64,000 nucleotides of DNA from Camelus dromedarius (Eukaryota), in the NCBI RefSeq assembly GCF_036321535.1, contig NC_087438.1, positions 12,464,001 to 12,528,000 of the forward strand, in the 5' to 3' direction. Shown here piece after piece: positions 49,814-62,116 of the stretch. A program made the position numbers and the translations under genes. The number at the start of each line of letters is the position of its first letter. Positions within the stretch are counted from its first letter, which is position 1. Under the pieces are notes generated by a model. That model was not told the DNA's origin and searched no databases. It saw only the letters and a program-made list of their open reading frames with translations.

Positions 49814-51439
49814 CACCAGGAAAACCATTTGTGAAGTTGTCAAACCCAGGGTCCAAATAAGGTAGATCACTGTTAGTCCGTGTAGCTGGAGGCCATATGT
49901 TTGGTGATGATCGCTGACTCTCTGCCACTCACCCTGGGATCTAGGTCTCAGCGTCCTGAAGGGCGTGTTTGAGATAGTCTTAATTACAACTTCTGTTACT
50001 TTCCTTCCAGGACCTTGCAAAGCAAGGCTGATCTAGTTTGGACCCAGTGAGGAATTTAGACGCACGTGGCTTATTTTCATTTGTTAAGTTCTTATGGTTG
50101 AAAACAGAAGCTTCACTTAGTGCGGCAAAACTCCTCCAGTTTGGATTTCCCCTCCCCCACCACCTTGAGTCTGCAAAGTCCTCTTCGCTGTAAGCGCCGT
50201 GCTGGTGCTGGTGCTTGTGCTGGTGGAGCCTTTGGAAAAGTCACTCAGTGGTGTGGTGGTGGTGGTTTTTTCCTTTTCACTCTGTAGTCCTGTGTTTGGA
50301 ACAGTTAAGAGAGATGCCATTTCAAAGAGTCTACCAAATAAAAAGCCTGGGCTGTGGTGATTTTGATTCCAAGTTGATAACGTAAAACCATCATGACAGG
50401 GACAGCAAAACTATGCGAAGGTGTTGTGTTTTTTTTTAAATGGCATTTCACAACACTTTGTAATCTTCTAAAATTATATTATTACAAAATAAAACCTTTT
50501 CATCTACTGAACCCTGGCAGTGCTCCCAACTTTACAAAGACTGACATTTTAAGATGTGGCAACCTGGTGACTTGTCACCCCATTGTACGAATGAGGAGAT
50601 TGAGACGCAGAGATATAAGGCACAGGTCACGTAGCCAGTGTGACCAGCTTTTCTTGGTCCACATTTCCCTGCTCTTATCTTGCCAGAAGCATCCTGGTCA
50701 ATAGGAGGGCTTAATTTGTTCCTTTCTGTTTGGGTAACTTCTCTTCAACTTCTTTAAGTCAGTGCCACCCGTCAGCTGCGTTTGTTGGAAATGAACAAGA
50801 TTCCAAAGCTGTCATAGGTCTGTTCCGGAGCTGGAGTGGAGCCCGTGTGCACAGCGGTGACTGGGTGGGAATGCGGCCTGTGGGTCAATTCACCAAAACA
50901 AAATTGAGACTCCGGACCCCCCTGAGTGACCAGGATCTTGAGGATTTGGGGTCAAAGCTGCAAAACCAGTACACGGAGCCAGCTTGCCAACTTGGGATTT
51001 TCTGAGACTCAAACTTAAGTTTAAAAATTAAATCAGGGGACTCAACTGAAATATTGAACTGGACTGTGGTCCCTCCATAAACTATGAGGTGTGCTGCATT
51101 TAAGGGGAAGCAGTTATCCCAGAGAGAAAGTACCCCATCCCCTCGAAATTCTGTATCCTTTCTGGAGTGGCCGAGGAAGGAGCAAAATCTCAGTAAGGTG
51201 CTGTTTTCTTGTGCTGGTCCCCAGAGTAAGAAGGCATGCTTCATGCACCCTCCATAGTTTTGACAGTTACTGTCAGCCACAGTGAATTTGCAGTTCCTTT
51301 TTTTTTTTTTTTTAATTTTGTTGACTCAGTTAATAAAAAAGCAAGAAGAAGTGGAAGTTTAGCGTGCACCCCTGTCAGCAACAAACGGTGGTAAGAATGA
51401 TCCTGTGGGTTCATCTCTCCCTCCCTCTCTCCCTTCTGT

Positions 51440-51720
51440 TTTAATACTTTTTAGAGTAGTTCTAGGTGCACAGCAAAATGGAGCGGAAGGCACAGAGATT
51501 TCCCATGTATGCCCTGCCCGGATACATGCAGAGCATCCCCGCAATATCAGCAACCCCCACCAGCATGGTACATGTGTTACAGCTGGTGAACCTACACTGA
51601 CACACCATCATCATCCGAAGTCCAGAGCTGACATTAGGGTTCATTTCACACTTTGTGTTGTACATTCCGTGGGTTTGGACTGATGTACAATGACACGTAT
51701 CCACCATGACTGTATCATAA
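51440..51720 (-). mobile_element. L1MC1-like 3' end
   Basis: ttttagagtagttctaggtgcacagcaaaat...ggtacatgtgttaca..tggtgaacctacactgacaca.catcatca..cgaagtcca...acattagggttca. Confidence 0.85.
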
Positions 51721-54700
51721 CTTTGTCTCTTAATCAATGTTCAAGTCAGGCCTTCTCATTTAATTTAAGGGGGTTTGAGTGTAAGTGCATTTTTATGTCA
51801 TTATGACTACTGATAATATGTTTTAAAATCTTTAAACAGCAACAAAAATTAACGTTATTTATAGTCCTGCATATTTGCTCAACTTACTAATCTTCTAACA
51901 GAGTGGAAGTTTAGAAAAAAATCAACTCAGTTTTAAGAAAAAAGTATCTTTTCCCTTCTAAAAGGAATTTTTGTGGAGGGGGGAGGGCATCCCTTTAAAT
52001 AAGTGAACTTGTGCTTATAAAATGACATTTTTGTAAGTCCTTCCATCCCCAGAAGTTTGCCCTTTTCTTAAAGTCTGAGTCTAAGAGTGTAACATGTGTG
52101 TAAAGGGAAAATGGACATTCTGGAACACCCGTAGCATACTGCCTCCACCAGGCTCAGGCAATAGATGGTGAAACAGAACTGTGATAGACCGATCTGGACT
52201 TAAACCTTTGCTCCATGCCTTGTTTATTCCTATATTGACTTGGATCAGTTCCTCCAACCTTCAACCTTCTTAGCTTCAGCTAGTTTGTGCCTCACTGGAC
52301 GCGAATGATGTCTCCCTCCTGTTATGAGAAGGCTTCTCCAGGCACTGGAGTAATTCCTCCAGAAGGGGTGATAGTTACTGTCCTCTCCCTCCCTGCCCTA
52401 ATCTTAAAGCATTTTTGACACGTAGTGATTCTTTTGTTGGGGAATTTGTCTTATTTGTGCGTGGACCGGGTAAGCTCTCTGCTGCCAGCCCAGGTCTGTC
52501 TCATCCACGGCTGGGTCTTCAGCATCTGCACCTCGTACGTCTTCAATGTCTAGTTACCCGCTGCCGGCGCCAGACAAAACACCGGAGCTCTTGCCAATGT
52601 GTTTAGCAGGCACCGTTTCTCCAGGGCAATACGTGCTGGGTGCTGTGGGAAAGCAGGTAAAGTTAATTCCTTGCAATTATATCCTTATACTGTAAACTAA
52701 CACCGAATGGAAGATTTCTGCTTGGTATTTTACGTTCTCAAATATTGGAAGATAATAACTTTATATTCAGTGAGAATCTCTATATTAAATATATCCAATA
52801 TATATCCTCTTGAGAAGAATATATACATTATACATTCCCTCATGTGTCAGGGGCTAAACTAGTAAACCTGAGAGGGGAATTTTAGATAGAGAATTGGGCC
52901 CCGGTTATTATCTCAGTGATTGCTGTTCAATCAGAACTTTGTTAGACACAAATTATTAGAGAAATGATGCTGTGCTTTGTGTCAGCTCACAGCTCTGTAA
53001 CTAGATACGAGCTCACATGGGTGTTTGTAACTTGGCAACATCTGCAGGAGGGGTCTTTTTCAAAATCGCATTTTTCTACCTCTGAGCCTCTGGGGGTTTG
53101 AACTCTGACCGTGAATGCTGAGAATTGCCCTGTCTTCCATTGGTCATTTTGTATCATCTTTTAAAAGTCATCTGGATTTCTGAATGTTTGATTCTTAACT
53201 TACGTTAAGATTCTGAGCATACAGAGGACTGGCCATCTGAGACGGCTTTGCTCCAGGGACCCTCCGCGCGGAAAAGTGCTCCAAGGGCTCGCTAAAGGAT
53301 GTGGATCCTGACTTCATCCGTGTAACGATGTTATTGTGATGTTTTTGTTTGGTTCAGAGGATCGAAAACCGTGTTACTGTGTCTTCCTTCAGCTAGGGGA
53401 GAAATCAGTTGAATACCAGACTGCCCAGTGGGGTGTGTTCCTCTACTGTCAGGCTTTTGAGACCCATTCGCCAAAGCTGAAACAGTCTCCCGGATGCCGC
53501 TTCTTCAAAAGGTACCCGTGGTTGGGAATCAGCTTTGATGTGGCCCGAAAGTTCCTGGGCGGGCACTTAAGTCTGCTTTTGATGGAATCACCCCTCAGTC
53601 AGATTTAAGCAATGTGACTGAAATTGTGTCCCTTTTGGCATATAAGACAGTGGCAGGAATGAAGTTCATGAGTGCGGCTGAACAATGGCACTTCACATGT
53701 CCCAGATTTAACTTAAAAGAATCGGTCGAGTTCTTGTTAATGAGAATCAGGGGATAAGTGTAGTGCAGAGGATTTGGAAAATAGTTAGCATTTTTGTGGT
53801 CTCTTGAGCAGTGCCCCACTGTTTCCTGGAAGAAAGACATCAGTGAGCAGAGAAATTGTGACCCCCTTTGCATCTGGGACACCATGAAGCTGTCTTAGGC
53901 ATAGACTGGCCGGGAGCCCCAGGGTCATGAGGTTTCTGTCTTGTTCTCAGTTACTTATGATTATTGCAGTTGAAACATTGAAATATTCCAGATCTGGGAT
54001 GGGGAACAGATGGTTTCATGCTAGTCAGTATTCTAGTAAATATATTTTAGATGGTTGCGTGCAGTCATACTGTTAGAATTCTCACTTCAGCTATAAACGC
54101 AACAGTCTCTCTGGCACACACTTAAATTTAGCTGTTGTTTGTAAACTATGAAAAGACCACGTTCACATCCAGTGTCCATTACCTGGAGAAAGTGACCAAT
54201 AAATGTGTGTATCAGCAGCCTCTGCTGTGACTTCAATCTGTTGATCTGATTTGAAAACAATTGCATCGTATAAATAGAAGGGTTTTTTTTCCCCCATCAT
54301 ATGTTATGGTGCTGGATAAGGATTTTGTCACTAAAATTTATTGCCAAATGTCAGTGCACACGTGGCACGGATTCTACAGTTGACGACGTTGCGTAAATTT
54401 CAATGGGAGGTTATGTCTGCAGAGTTCGACAGTTCATTACGTTATTCAATGTTTATTCTTTTTTTCTTCCCCGCCCCCGCCCCCTAGATGTTTATCCTAA
54501 GATTGAGCATTCTCATTGCATGAACTAGAGGATTAACAAAACCAAATTCAGTCACGGGAAGTGTTCTTTCCACCTCAGAAGGAAGGCACAATGCAATGTA
54601 TTGCCTGCAAGATGTCCGTAGCTCCCAGCCCGCAGTCCAGCGTGGCGCCCTCAAACAAGCATGACCATGGGGGCCCACATCAAACAGGAGGGCACCGGAT

Positions 54701-54978
54701 AACCAACACCATCAGACCTTGCTATAAATACATGCCACATTGCAATTGTGCTTCTTGAATAGCTTTTAAAGCACTTTTATATCTTGTTGACCTTTTTAGG
54801 CCTCCTTGATTACCTTTTTCTAGTCTCATACCATCATTCCACAAGTTCTAGCCTCTCTTACTCCACATCATAGTCAACGTTAAAACACTTGCATCCCAAA
54901 TTAAGTATAATGTGTGTAACTATACATCTCTGTGTTGAACTGTAGCAGCTCACTGGCATACTATTACTGTAGACACAT

Positions 54979-55288
54979 TTGTCCTAGTCCATTTGGGCTG
55001 CTGTCATAAATACCATAGAGTGACTTAAACGGTAAATATTAATTTCACTTAGCTTTGGAGGCCAGAAAGTCCAGGCTCAAAGCACCAGCAGATCTGGTGT
55101 CTGGAAGGGGCAAGTAACTCTCTGGGGTCAGTTTTATAAGAACACTAAACCCATTCACCAGGGCTTTGCCTTTTTGACTTAACACCTTGAAAAGACCCTG
55201 CCTCCAGACACGATCTCGTTGTGGGTTAGGTTTCAACATGTGAATTTTGGTGGGGGTAAGGAGGGAGCTAATGCTCAAGTCTACAGCA
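54979..55288 (-). mobile_element. MaLR solo LTR (MLT1A-like)
   Basis: tgtcctagtccatttgggctgct...ggaggccagaaagtccag...ttttataagaacactaaacccattca...ggttaggtttcaacatgtgaattttgg. Confidence 0.85.
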
Positions 55289-56537
55289 ACACAAACACTT
55301 ACTAGTTAAAATCTGGAGTCTTCTTTTTATTTTTTGGAGGCTCTATTTTATTTCTTTGAGAGCTCAAGTTTTTAGACTTTCCAGGGCCTTGGGAGCTCAG
55401 ACACCCTCACCCTGTGCCTGCAGCGGGGCCTGACGCAGGAACCATCCCTGTGGCTGGCCTGCGTCGCTTCACCTCTTGGTGGGTGGGTCTGACCTCGTCG
55501 GGTGCGGTACCAGTCAGTCTTCCTGAAGCCTTTTGTTTTTCACCTGGAAGAAAATTTGGTGACAGGTGAGAAGCCGTCTACTCCTGTCTTGTGCAGGCCT
55601 GTAGCAACAAGTCAGAGCTGTCATCCATACCCTTGAGTTGCAGTGTTCAGGCCCTTGGACATGGTAGTTCCCTCCTGAGCTGGGGACCAGTGAAAGTCTA
55701 GATGGATGGGATGAAAACTGATGTGGACTTTGAAAAGCCAAATTCAGTAACTAGCTCCCAGAGACCCTCTCTGTCCTGTTCAGTCAATGCTAAGGTGGTG
55801 TCCCAGTACACAGTTTTTGAACTCTACTTAAAATTACTCTTTGCCTTTTTTTAACTTGTGTTTATTTTCTGTTATGTTTTGTATAAATGGTGCTTTTTCC
55901 ATACTAACACTTCTATCTTTGCTTTGCTTCTCCCTGCCTCATTAATTTTTTTTTTTTTTAACCCACAACTTTTTTCTTGACCATCTTTAAGGCTTCTCAT
56001 TCAGGTGTGTTCCTAGGGTTCCTGTTTGCTTTTGCTTCTTGCTAAGACTCACTGCTGCTAGTGTCGTTTGGTCCATCTGTATTAAAGTACACCTCTTTTT
56101 TTCAATTTGATATACATTCTGCTTGACTATAAAAAGTTAAGAAATAGTCATGGTGGGAGGAAGTCATGTGAATAATTTATTGCCCCATGTGCTGAGATAT
56201 TTTATTTTAACCTGAACTTTTGGTGCCTGAAGTGATTTTGAGAAATCTACCCTCTCTTAGTATTAGTTTTTGCTGCATAGATAGAACAGAAAATCCAAAG
56301 TTATAATGGCTTAAATGAGAGGGAAGTGAATTGCCTCTTACACAAAGTTCCAGAGATGGGCCCTCTCCCGCGCTGATGTGGTGGTTCAGTGGTGTCTTTC
56401 TGTGCTCATGATTAAAAATGGCAGCTGGAGCCCCAAGCTGTCTTTCTTTAGAAGAATTTACAACACTTCAGGTCATATTTTGTTTGCCAGAACTTGGCTG
56501 TGGAATTATGAACAGTTTTTAAGCAATTGGATGTGAG

Positions 56538-56595
56538 AATTGTGGTGGTGGTACAGATTGGTCCACAATGGTGGTGGTGGTACAGGTTGGTCCAC
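56538..56595. repeat. 29-bp tandem duplication (2 copies, 2 mismatches)
   Basis: aattgtggtggtggtacagattggtccac followed by aatggtggtggtggtacaggttggtccac. Confidence 0.95.
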
Positions 56596-57229
56596 AAAGA
56601 CCCATGTGTATCTGCCCAGGCAATGAGGGGGAATGGTGGTTCTAGTCTCATGAATGGGAACGCAGGAAAAGGAGTAGGTTCAGGTAGGTGGGAAAGGTAG
56701 CAGTGAGCTCACCTGGGGAGAGCTTGAATTTGAAATCCCCAAGGGACATCCATATTGGGTCAATGGTACACTCTGTGTGCATGGCTGTGACACTCAGGAA
56801 GTGACAGTGAGCTGTAGGCACTTGGGATCCTCAGCATCCCAGAAAGCTCTTGAAACCGTGCAAGTGGGTGGATCTTCCAGGTAGAACGAGGCCTAATTGA
56901 TGAGGTGCAAAGGCGATGCCCCCATGGACCTTTGAAGGAAGTCGTGGACAGGAGAGAAACTTAGGTGGAGGGAAGATGAGAAAGATAGGTCGGGGAAAAT
57001 GAAAGGAAAGCAGAAGCTGTGTTTTCTTCCGTTTCCCTTTCTTCATTGTTTGATATTATGGCAGCGTCCCAATGATGTGCGTTTGAACTTCAGAGAAGGC
57101 CAGGCCGGATATCATCGGAAGGGTGTCACAAGGCCATGCCCCCTGCTCGAGAGGCGTATTGAAGTCTTTGTTGTCTGTTTTAAATGTTACAAATAAATCT
57201 TTTCTCATAAATTGGATATTATCCCTATT

Positions 57230-57482
57230 AAAAAAAATTTATTTTATTTTTTTATTGATGTGTAGTCGGTTTACAATATTGTGTTAGTTTCTGGTGTACA
57301 GCATAGTGATTCATATATATATATATAAATTTAATATTTAAATACATATATAAATATAAATGTTCACATATATTTATATTCCTTTTCAGATTCTTTTTCA
57401 TTATAGGCTATTACAAGATATTGAATCTAGTTTCCTGGTCTATACAGTAGGACCTTGCTGTTTATCTATTTTATATAGTTAG
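57230..57482 (-). mobile_element. L1 3' end with an unusually long flanking duplication, next to a MIR-like remnant
   Basis: tttattgatgtgtagtcggtttacaatattgtgttagtttctggtgtacagcatagtgattca...tatacagtaggaccttg; 29-bp direct repeats at 57201-57229 and 57483-57511. Confidence 0.9.
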
Positions 57483-57944
57483 TTTCTCATAAAGTGGGTA
57501 TTATCCCCATTTTATGCTTGTGAAAAAACAGGCTCACAGAGGATGGGAAACTCTGTGCCATGCAGCAGAAAGGAGTGGAGCTCTGACTTAGCACCCAAGC
57601 AGGTTTTTTGGTTCTGGTCTGGCTTTTGTGCTGTGGCACCAAGCCTCCTGAGACTGGCTTGTCCAGAGTTTTTGACCTGGAAGTGCTGTGTTGATACAAA
57701 ACCTAAGTCTCTTTGCTCTTGGGCAGTCAGAATACAGAGAATAAGTGATAAGAGGTTTAAAAAAAAAGGCTATCTTGTTTCCCAATCTTAAAACATTCCC
57801 ATGTGACATTCTTCTTTACTGATAATATTGTTGCAGACCGAAAAGGGCCTGATTAATCTTTGCAGCATCTTTTAAGCTTGAATCACACTCTCATCTGATT
57901 AGAACCGAGTCACTGGTTAAGTATGTTCATCCAAGACTCTAGAC

Positions 57945-58604
57945 TGGGGTCAGCAAACTTCTTCTTAAAGGACCAGGTAGTAAATATTTTAGACTGTCGA
58001 CTGAAATAAATGCGTAGCCTAAAAGTTGAGAGTTATGTGTTTGGCGGGAGGACTCAAGCTGGGATGACAGCCTCTCAGATCGCTCTGAGGGACTGCACCC
58101 AAGAGGTAGGGGAGGAACTAAGATATATAGGAGCTTTACAACAAAGATCAGGTAGTTGGAACAATAAAAGATTCCTTGTTGTCTAAAGAAATCCAGGCAT
58201 CTCAAGTTAAAGAATTTAGTGCTTTTCTATGTATGGGAGGAAGCAAACATTTGGGCTCATTGAATTCATTCCTCTGACAAGCACCTACCTATCTAGGGCC
58301 AGTATCCTGTCCTTTCTTACCCTGAGTCCCCTCGGGGTGCACCATTGTGAGTGGCTGCAGAGGCGGGGCTGCAGGCTTGTCTTCCCTGGGGTGTGGGGCA
58401 GCCCCCGATGACTTGATGGTTTTAGCATTCTTTGTTTACTGATACGGTTTGCAACATTTTTCGGTCACAAGACTTTGCCAGCCCTACAATTTCCCTCACA
58501 ACTACCCAAAGCTTTTGCAGCGTTGAAGGGCGTGGCTGTGTGCCAATTAAGCTTTATTTAAAAAAAATAACGACAAGCAGGTGGCCCAGTTTACTGACCC
58601 CTGC
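57945..58604. mobile_element. MER58-type MITE split by an ERV LTR
   Basis: ggggtcagcaaactt..ttaaagga.caggtagtaaatattttag [LTR] actttgc...gggcgtggctgtgtgccaattaagctttattta...agtttactgacccctg. Confidence 0.85.
57995..58469 (-). mobile_element. ERV1-class solo LTR, MER41-like, 475 bp, intact TG...CA ends with 4-bp TSD AGAC
   Basis: agac|tgtcga...ggtcaca|agac; internal acagcctctcagatcgctctgagg and atctcaagttaa.ga.tttagtgcttttctatgtatggga resemble artiodactyl MER41-like LTRs as I recall them; minus-strand TATATA near 58123-58128. Confidence 0.85.
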
Positions 58605-59317
58605 TCTGGGAGAAAGCTTCATTCTAGAATTTCTGCTTTTAATCCTGCAAGCAAAATTATCTGACAAAATTGTGAACATAGGCAATTGTTCCTTTTCATT
58701 TTCAGAACTCCAAATATTGAGCACATTTTGTTTTTAAAACTAACTTAGCTCTGTAATGAACTTTTAGATGTGTAATGACAGTTTTGGAAGAACAGCTGCA
58801 AAATATGAAATGAGATTCCTTATTTGGTTCTCTATTTTGTTTTCTCCTGGGAGTCCTGATGGAATGCTGAATTATCAAGGTCCTTCCAGATCTCTCAGAA
58901 CAATCCGTGTCTTTCAAGTCAACCCCTAAATCATGGAGACGCTTGGTTACCAAACTTGAGGCATTGAGTTGCTTTGATCGTCACCCACGTGTACCCCAAT
59001 ATCTGTGGCTGGAATCTGTGCCTGTGAGACAGTTGGGACACTTTCATTCTTAGCAAAGTTCCCTGCGTTTGCCTCACCAATGATAAGCCCACTAGCACAT
59101 TCAGGGGGCTTTAGGGAACAGAAAAATCCTTGACCATTTGTTACTTTATCTCCTGATTTTTATTTGTATTAAGCAAATAGATGTATGTAGCTATTTTAGA
59201 AAAGCATTTTTCTAAAAGTGCAGTTTGCATGTTGATAGCTTCCTGATAGGTTCAAATTGCTCATCTGCAGTTGTATGGTAGGTGAGTTTTTGGTAACAGG
59301 AACTAGATGGAATTTTT

Positions 59318-59508
59318 TTTTCCTTTTTCAGTTTTATTACATAGATTTATTACAGTCAGACTACAATTATACATTATATTGTATGTAAATACATATACAG
59401 TATACTGCACATTTTATTTTAGCTTACATATATGTACTGATTGTTTCTAAGAACAGATTAGAGTTTTAACTTTTTAAACTTACATAGTTATCAAAGGAAT
59501 AAAGCCAT
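59318..59508 (-). pseudogene. 5'-truncated retrocopy of an unidentified polyadenylated RNA 3' end
   Basis: Perfect 14-bp TSD tagatggaattttt (59304-59317 and 59509-59522, followed by AA); A tail at 59318-59328; minus-strand AATAAA at 59346-59351 and 59333-59338; body is not a repeat I recognise. Confidence 0.8.
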
Positions 59509-61531
59509 TAGATGGAATTTTTAAGGGAACTGTCTTCTTCCCATGAAAGAACAAAGTAAGAGGACTTGAGCATCTTGTATGCAAATAAGTGTTGATTATG
59601 ACAAATGAGGATAATTAATTCAGAAAAGACTCATAAGCAGGTTCTTGATTCTTTTTATCAGTTAGTTCTCATTTACTTGTAATTGAAAAAGCACATTTTT
59701 ACTAAAAATCATTGTAATCCATCCTTCGCGTTCATTTAAAATTGCTCTGTCCCTCCCAGGCAAGGCAGGCCGCGTGCGTTGTATTAACACAGGATGCATC
59801 TTCGGTGAATATCCCTTCCGCCACTGTTAAATGCTTTTTCTCTGTTTGGCCTTTGGTTTTCCTCATGACTTACAGGAAATAAAATATTTCTTCTCGTGCA
59901 GAAGGTCTTTGAAGTTAGAGTGACTGGAGGAACTGAGAAGACGTGACAGGGTTTGGCAAATCCTCTGTGTAAGTCTATGATAATCACCTGTGACAGTCAA
60001 ATTGTACTAATTCCAAATAAAAAGAGACAATTTTGGCTGAGAAGATGGTTCGGATTTTAGTGTCACTTGCTTTCAAAGCTGCGTCATAAATGGAAAAATC
60101 TGAATAAGTAAAGCAAGGTATGTTGATAGACATGTTCAGTTTACAATGGTCCTTCAGTATGTAATGAAGAACTCAATATGCTTTGAATAACAGATTTTAA
60201 TTTGGTAAGATTGGCAAAGCCCCCATTTGAGTCATCACAAAGTGAGAACCGCGTGATGTGGAATAGGAAACTTGTCCTTTACACCGTGCTTGGTGATGAT
60301 CCCTAAGACATTTTAGGCTTGGATTGGTAAGAGGTCCGGTATTAAAGTGGAGAGAATGAATCTTAAAGCCCCGTCGGAGTTGAGTGTCCTTATTTCAGTA
60401 GGTGGCACGTGGACAGCCTATTTCAGTTGATACCGAAAGAAAAAAACGTGTTCTGACACAGATCTTTATCTTCATAGATGCTCCCTCTTTTTTGGATGCT
60501 CTCAGGTAATTTCAACTCACCTTCTCCTTCTTTTTAGCCTACCAACTGACAGAAGGTACAGCTTTGATTTTTCTTCATGTTGCATTATAATTTATTCTAA
60601 TCAGCAACCTATTTATTTATTTGCTTATTTGGACTCATTACTGATTTGGACAAGTGAACTGTTGGGGACGCGCAAAGTTTTCTGTATTGCTATTTATTGT
60701 AATAGTGTTTTAGACACATGCGAGATGAAGTAGTTCGATCCCTTTGTTTTACAGAAAAACCCTGTCAGTCCAGAGATGTGAGGGAGAGGTGGACAGTCAC
60801 AGGAGCTAGAAGATGCCGTTCTAGCAAAGATTCTCCTTCCCTTTGGCTCTACTTAATCTATTTTAGGTCTCGTGGTAGTGACATAGTAAAATAATTCACC
60901 CACTTAATACTATAATAAGTTCACTAGGATTTTCCCGTTCAAACAGACCCATGAGTCATAGATGAGTGCTGCCTTGCAAGCTTGTATTCTACACTCTCCT
61001 TACATCCAGGGGTTCCATGGTATCTGTGGTACCTGGGCTAGTCTCAGGCTGTTGTGTGTTTTGAAATCTCTTGCCCCATGCTGATGCCCGGTATAGGTCA
61101 GGAAATGTTGTAATGGGTTCCCCGCTCCCTCTGATGCTCTTACAGGGTAGGAAGTTGAGGGAGTGCAGGGTTGGTGGTGGGGATGAGCAGCAGAACCCTC
61201 GGGATCTTCACTGAGCCTTAGTTTTTCCTGCTTATGTGAATCCACTAAGCTTGGTTGTGTGCAGTCCACCTTCTGTTTTAAAGGGACACTGCGTTGGCCT
61301 TTGACTTTCTTATTAAGACAGTCCACCCCTCCTCAAATGTCTCTGTCACAACTTCAGGATTGCTTAAGACTCACGCTGCCTCTGGCATATTCCATTTAGC
61401 AACGTCCTACAGACCTGAGTACATTTATAGACAGTGAATAGACAGCCACACGGAGGAGACGTGGGCTGAGTGCATGGGATACGACCCTTGGTCTCCTAGT
61501 GAGCAGGAATTTGTGTCTGACTGAGTGGCTC

Positions 61532-61663
61532 TTTTTTGTTAGTGTTGTCATTTTGGGTGGGGGGTAATTAGGTTTATTTATTTATTTAATGGAGGTATGG
61601 GGCATTGAACCCAGGACCCCGGCATGCCAAGCCTGTACTCTACCACTGAGCTATACCTTCCCC
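61532..61663 (-). mobile_element. Camelid tRNA-derived SINE (vic-1 type)
   Basis: ggggtaattaggtttatttatttatttaatggaggtatggggcattgaacccaggacc...ctctaccactgagctataccttcccc. Confidence 0.9.
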
Positions 61664-61821
61664 ACAACTGACTGACTCGTGGAGGGTCTGTCATTGACAC
61701 CTAAAGTATCCCTTGTCCTCATTTGTCTGGTCTGAGCGTGCCTCTCCACCCCCACCTTTCAGCCCTCCACTGTCAGCAGCTCTCACCTTGGTCCATGTCT
61801 CAGACAGTTCACAAAAAACTT

Positions 61822-62116
61822 GAAGGAACAGACTCACAGACATAGAAAACACACTGTGGTTACCAAAGGAGAAAGGGTGGGGAGGGATAAAACAGGGGTT
61901 GGGGATTAACAGACACACATGACTATATACAAAATAGATTAAAAAAAAAAAAGGACCTACTGTAGAGCACAGGGAACTATATTCAATATTTCTTATAATA
62001 ACATAATGGAAAAGAATCTGAAAGGAAAAAAATATACACGTGTGTATATGTTTAACTGAATCACTTTGCTGTACACCTGAAACTAACTACACTTCAATAA
62101 AAAATTACAAAAAACA
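61822..62116 (+). mobile_element. L1 3' end, sense to BASP1
   Basis: acagactcacagacatagaaaac...aaggacctactgtagagcacagggaactatattcaatat...gaatcactttgctgtacacctgaaactaac..cttcaataaa. Confidence 0.92.

Noticed and set aside
56538..56595. 29-bp repeat as a possible CRISPR-like array
   Set aside because: Only two adjacent copies, no spacers, mammalian context; a simple tandem duplication
61000..61490. Possible degenerate MER21-like LTR
   Set aside because: Only faint resemblance; no ends or TSD that I can define
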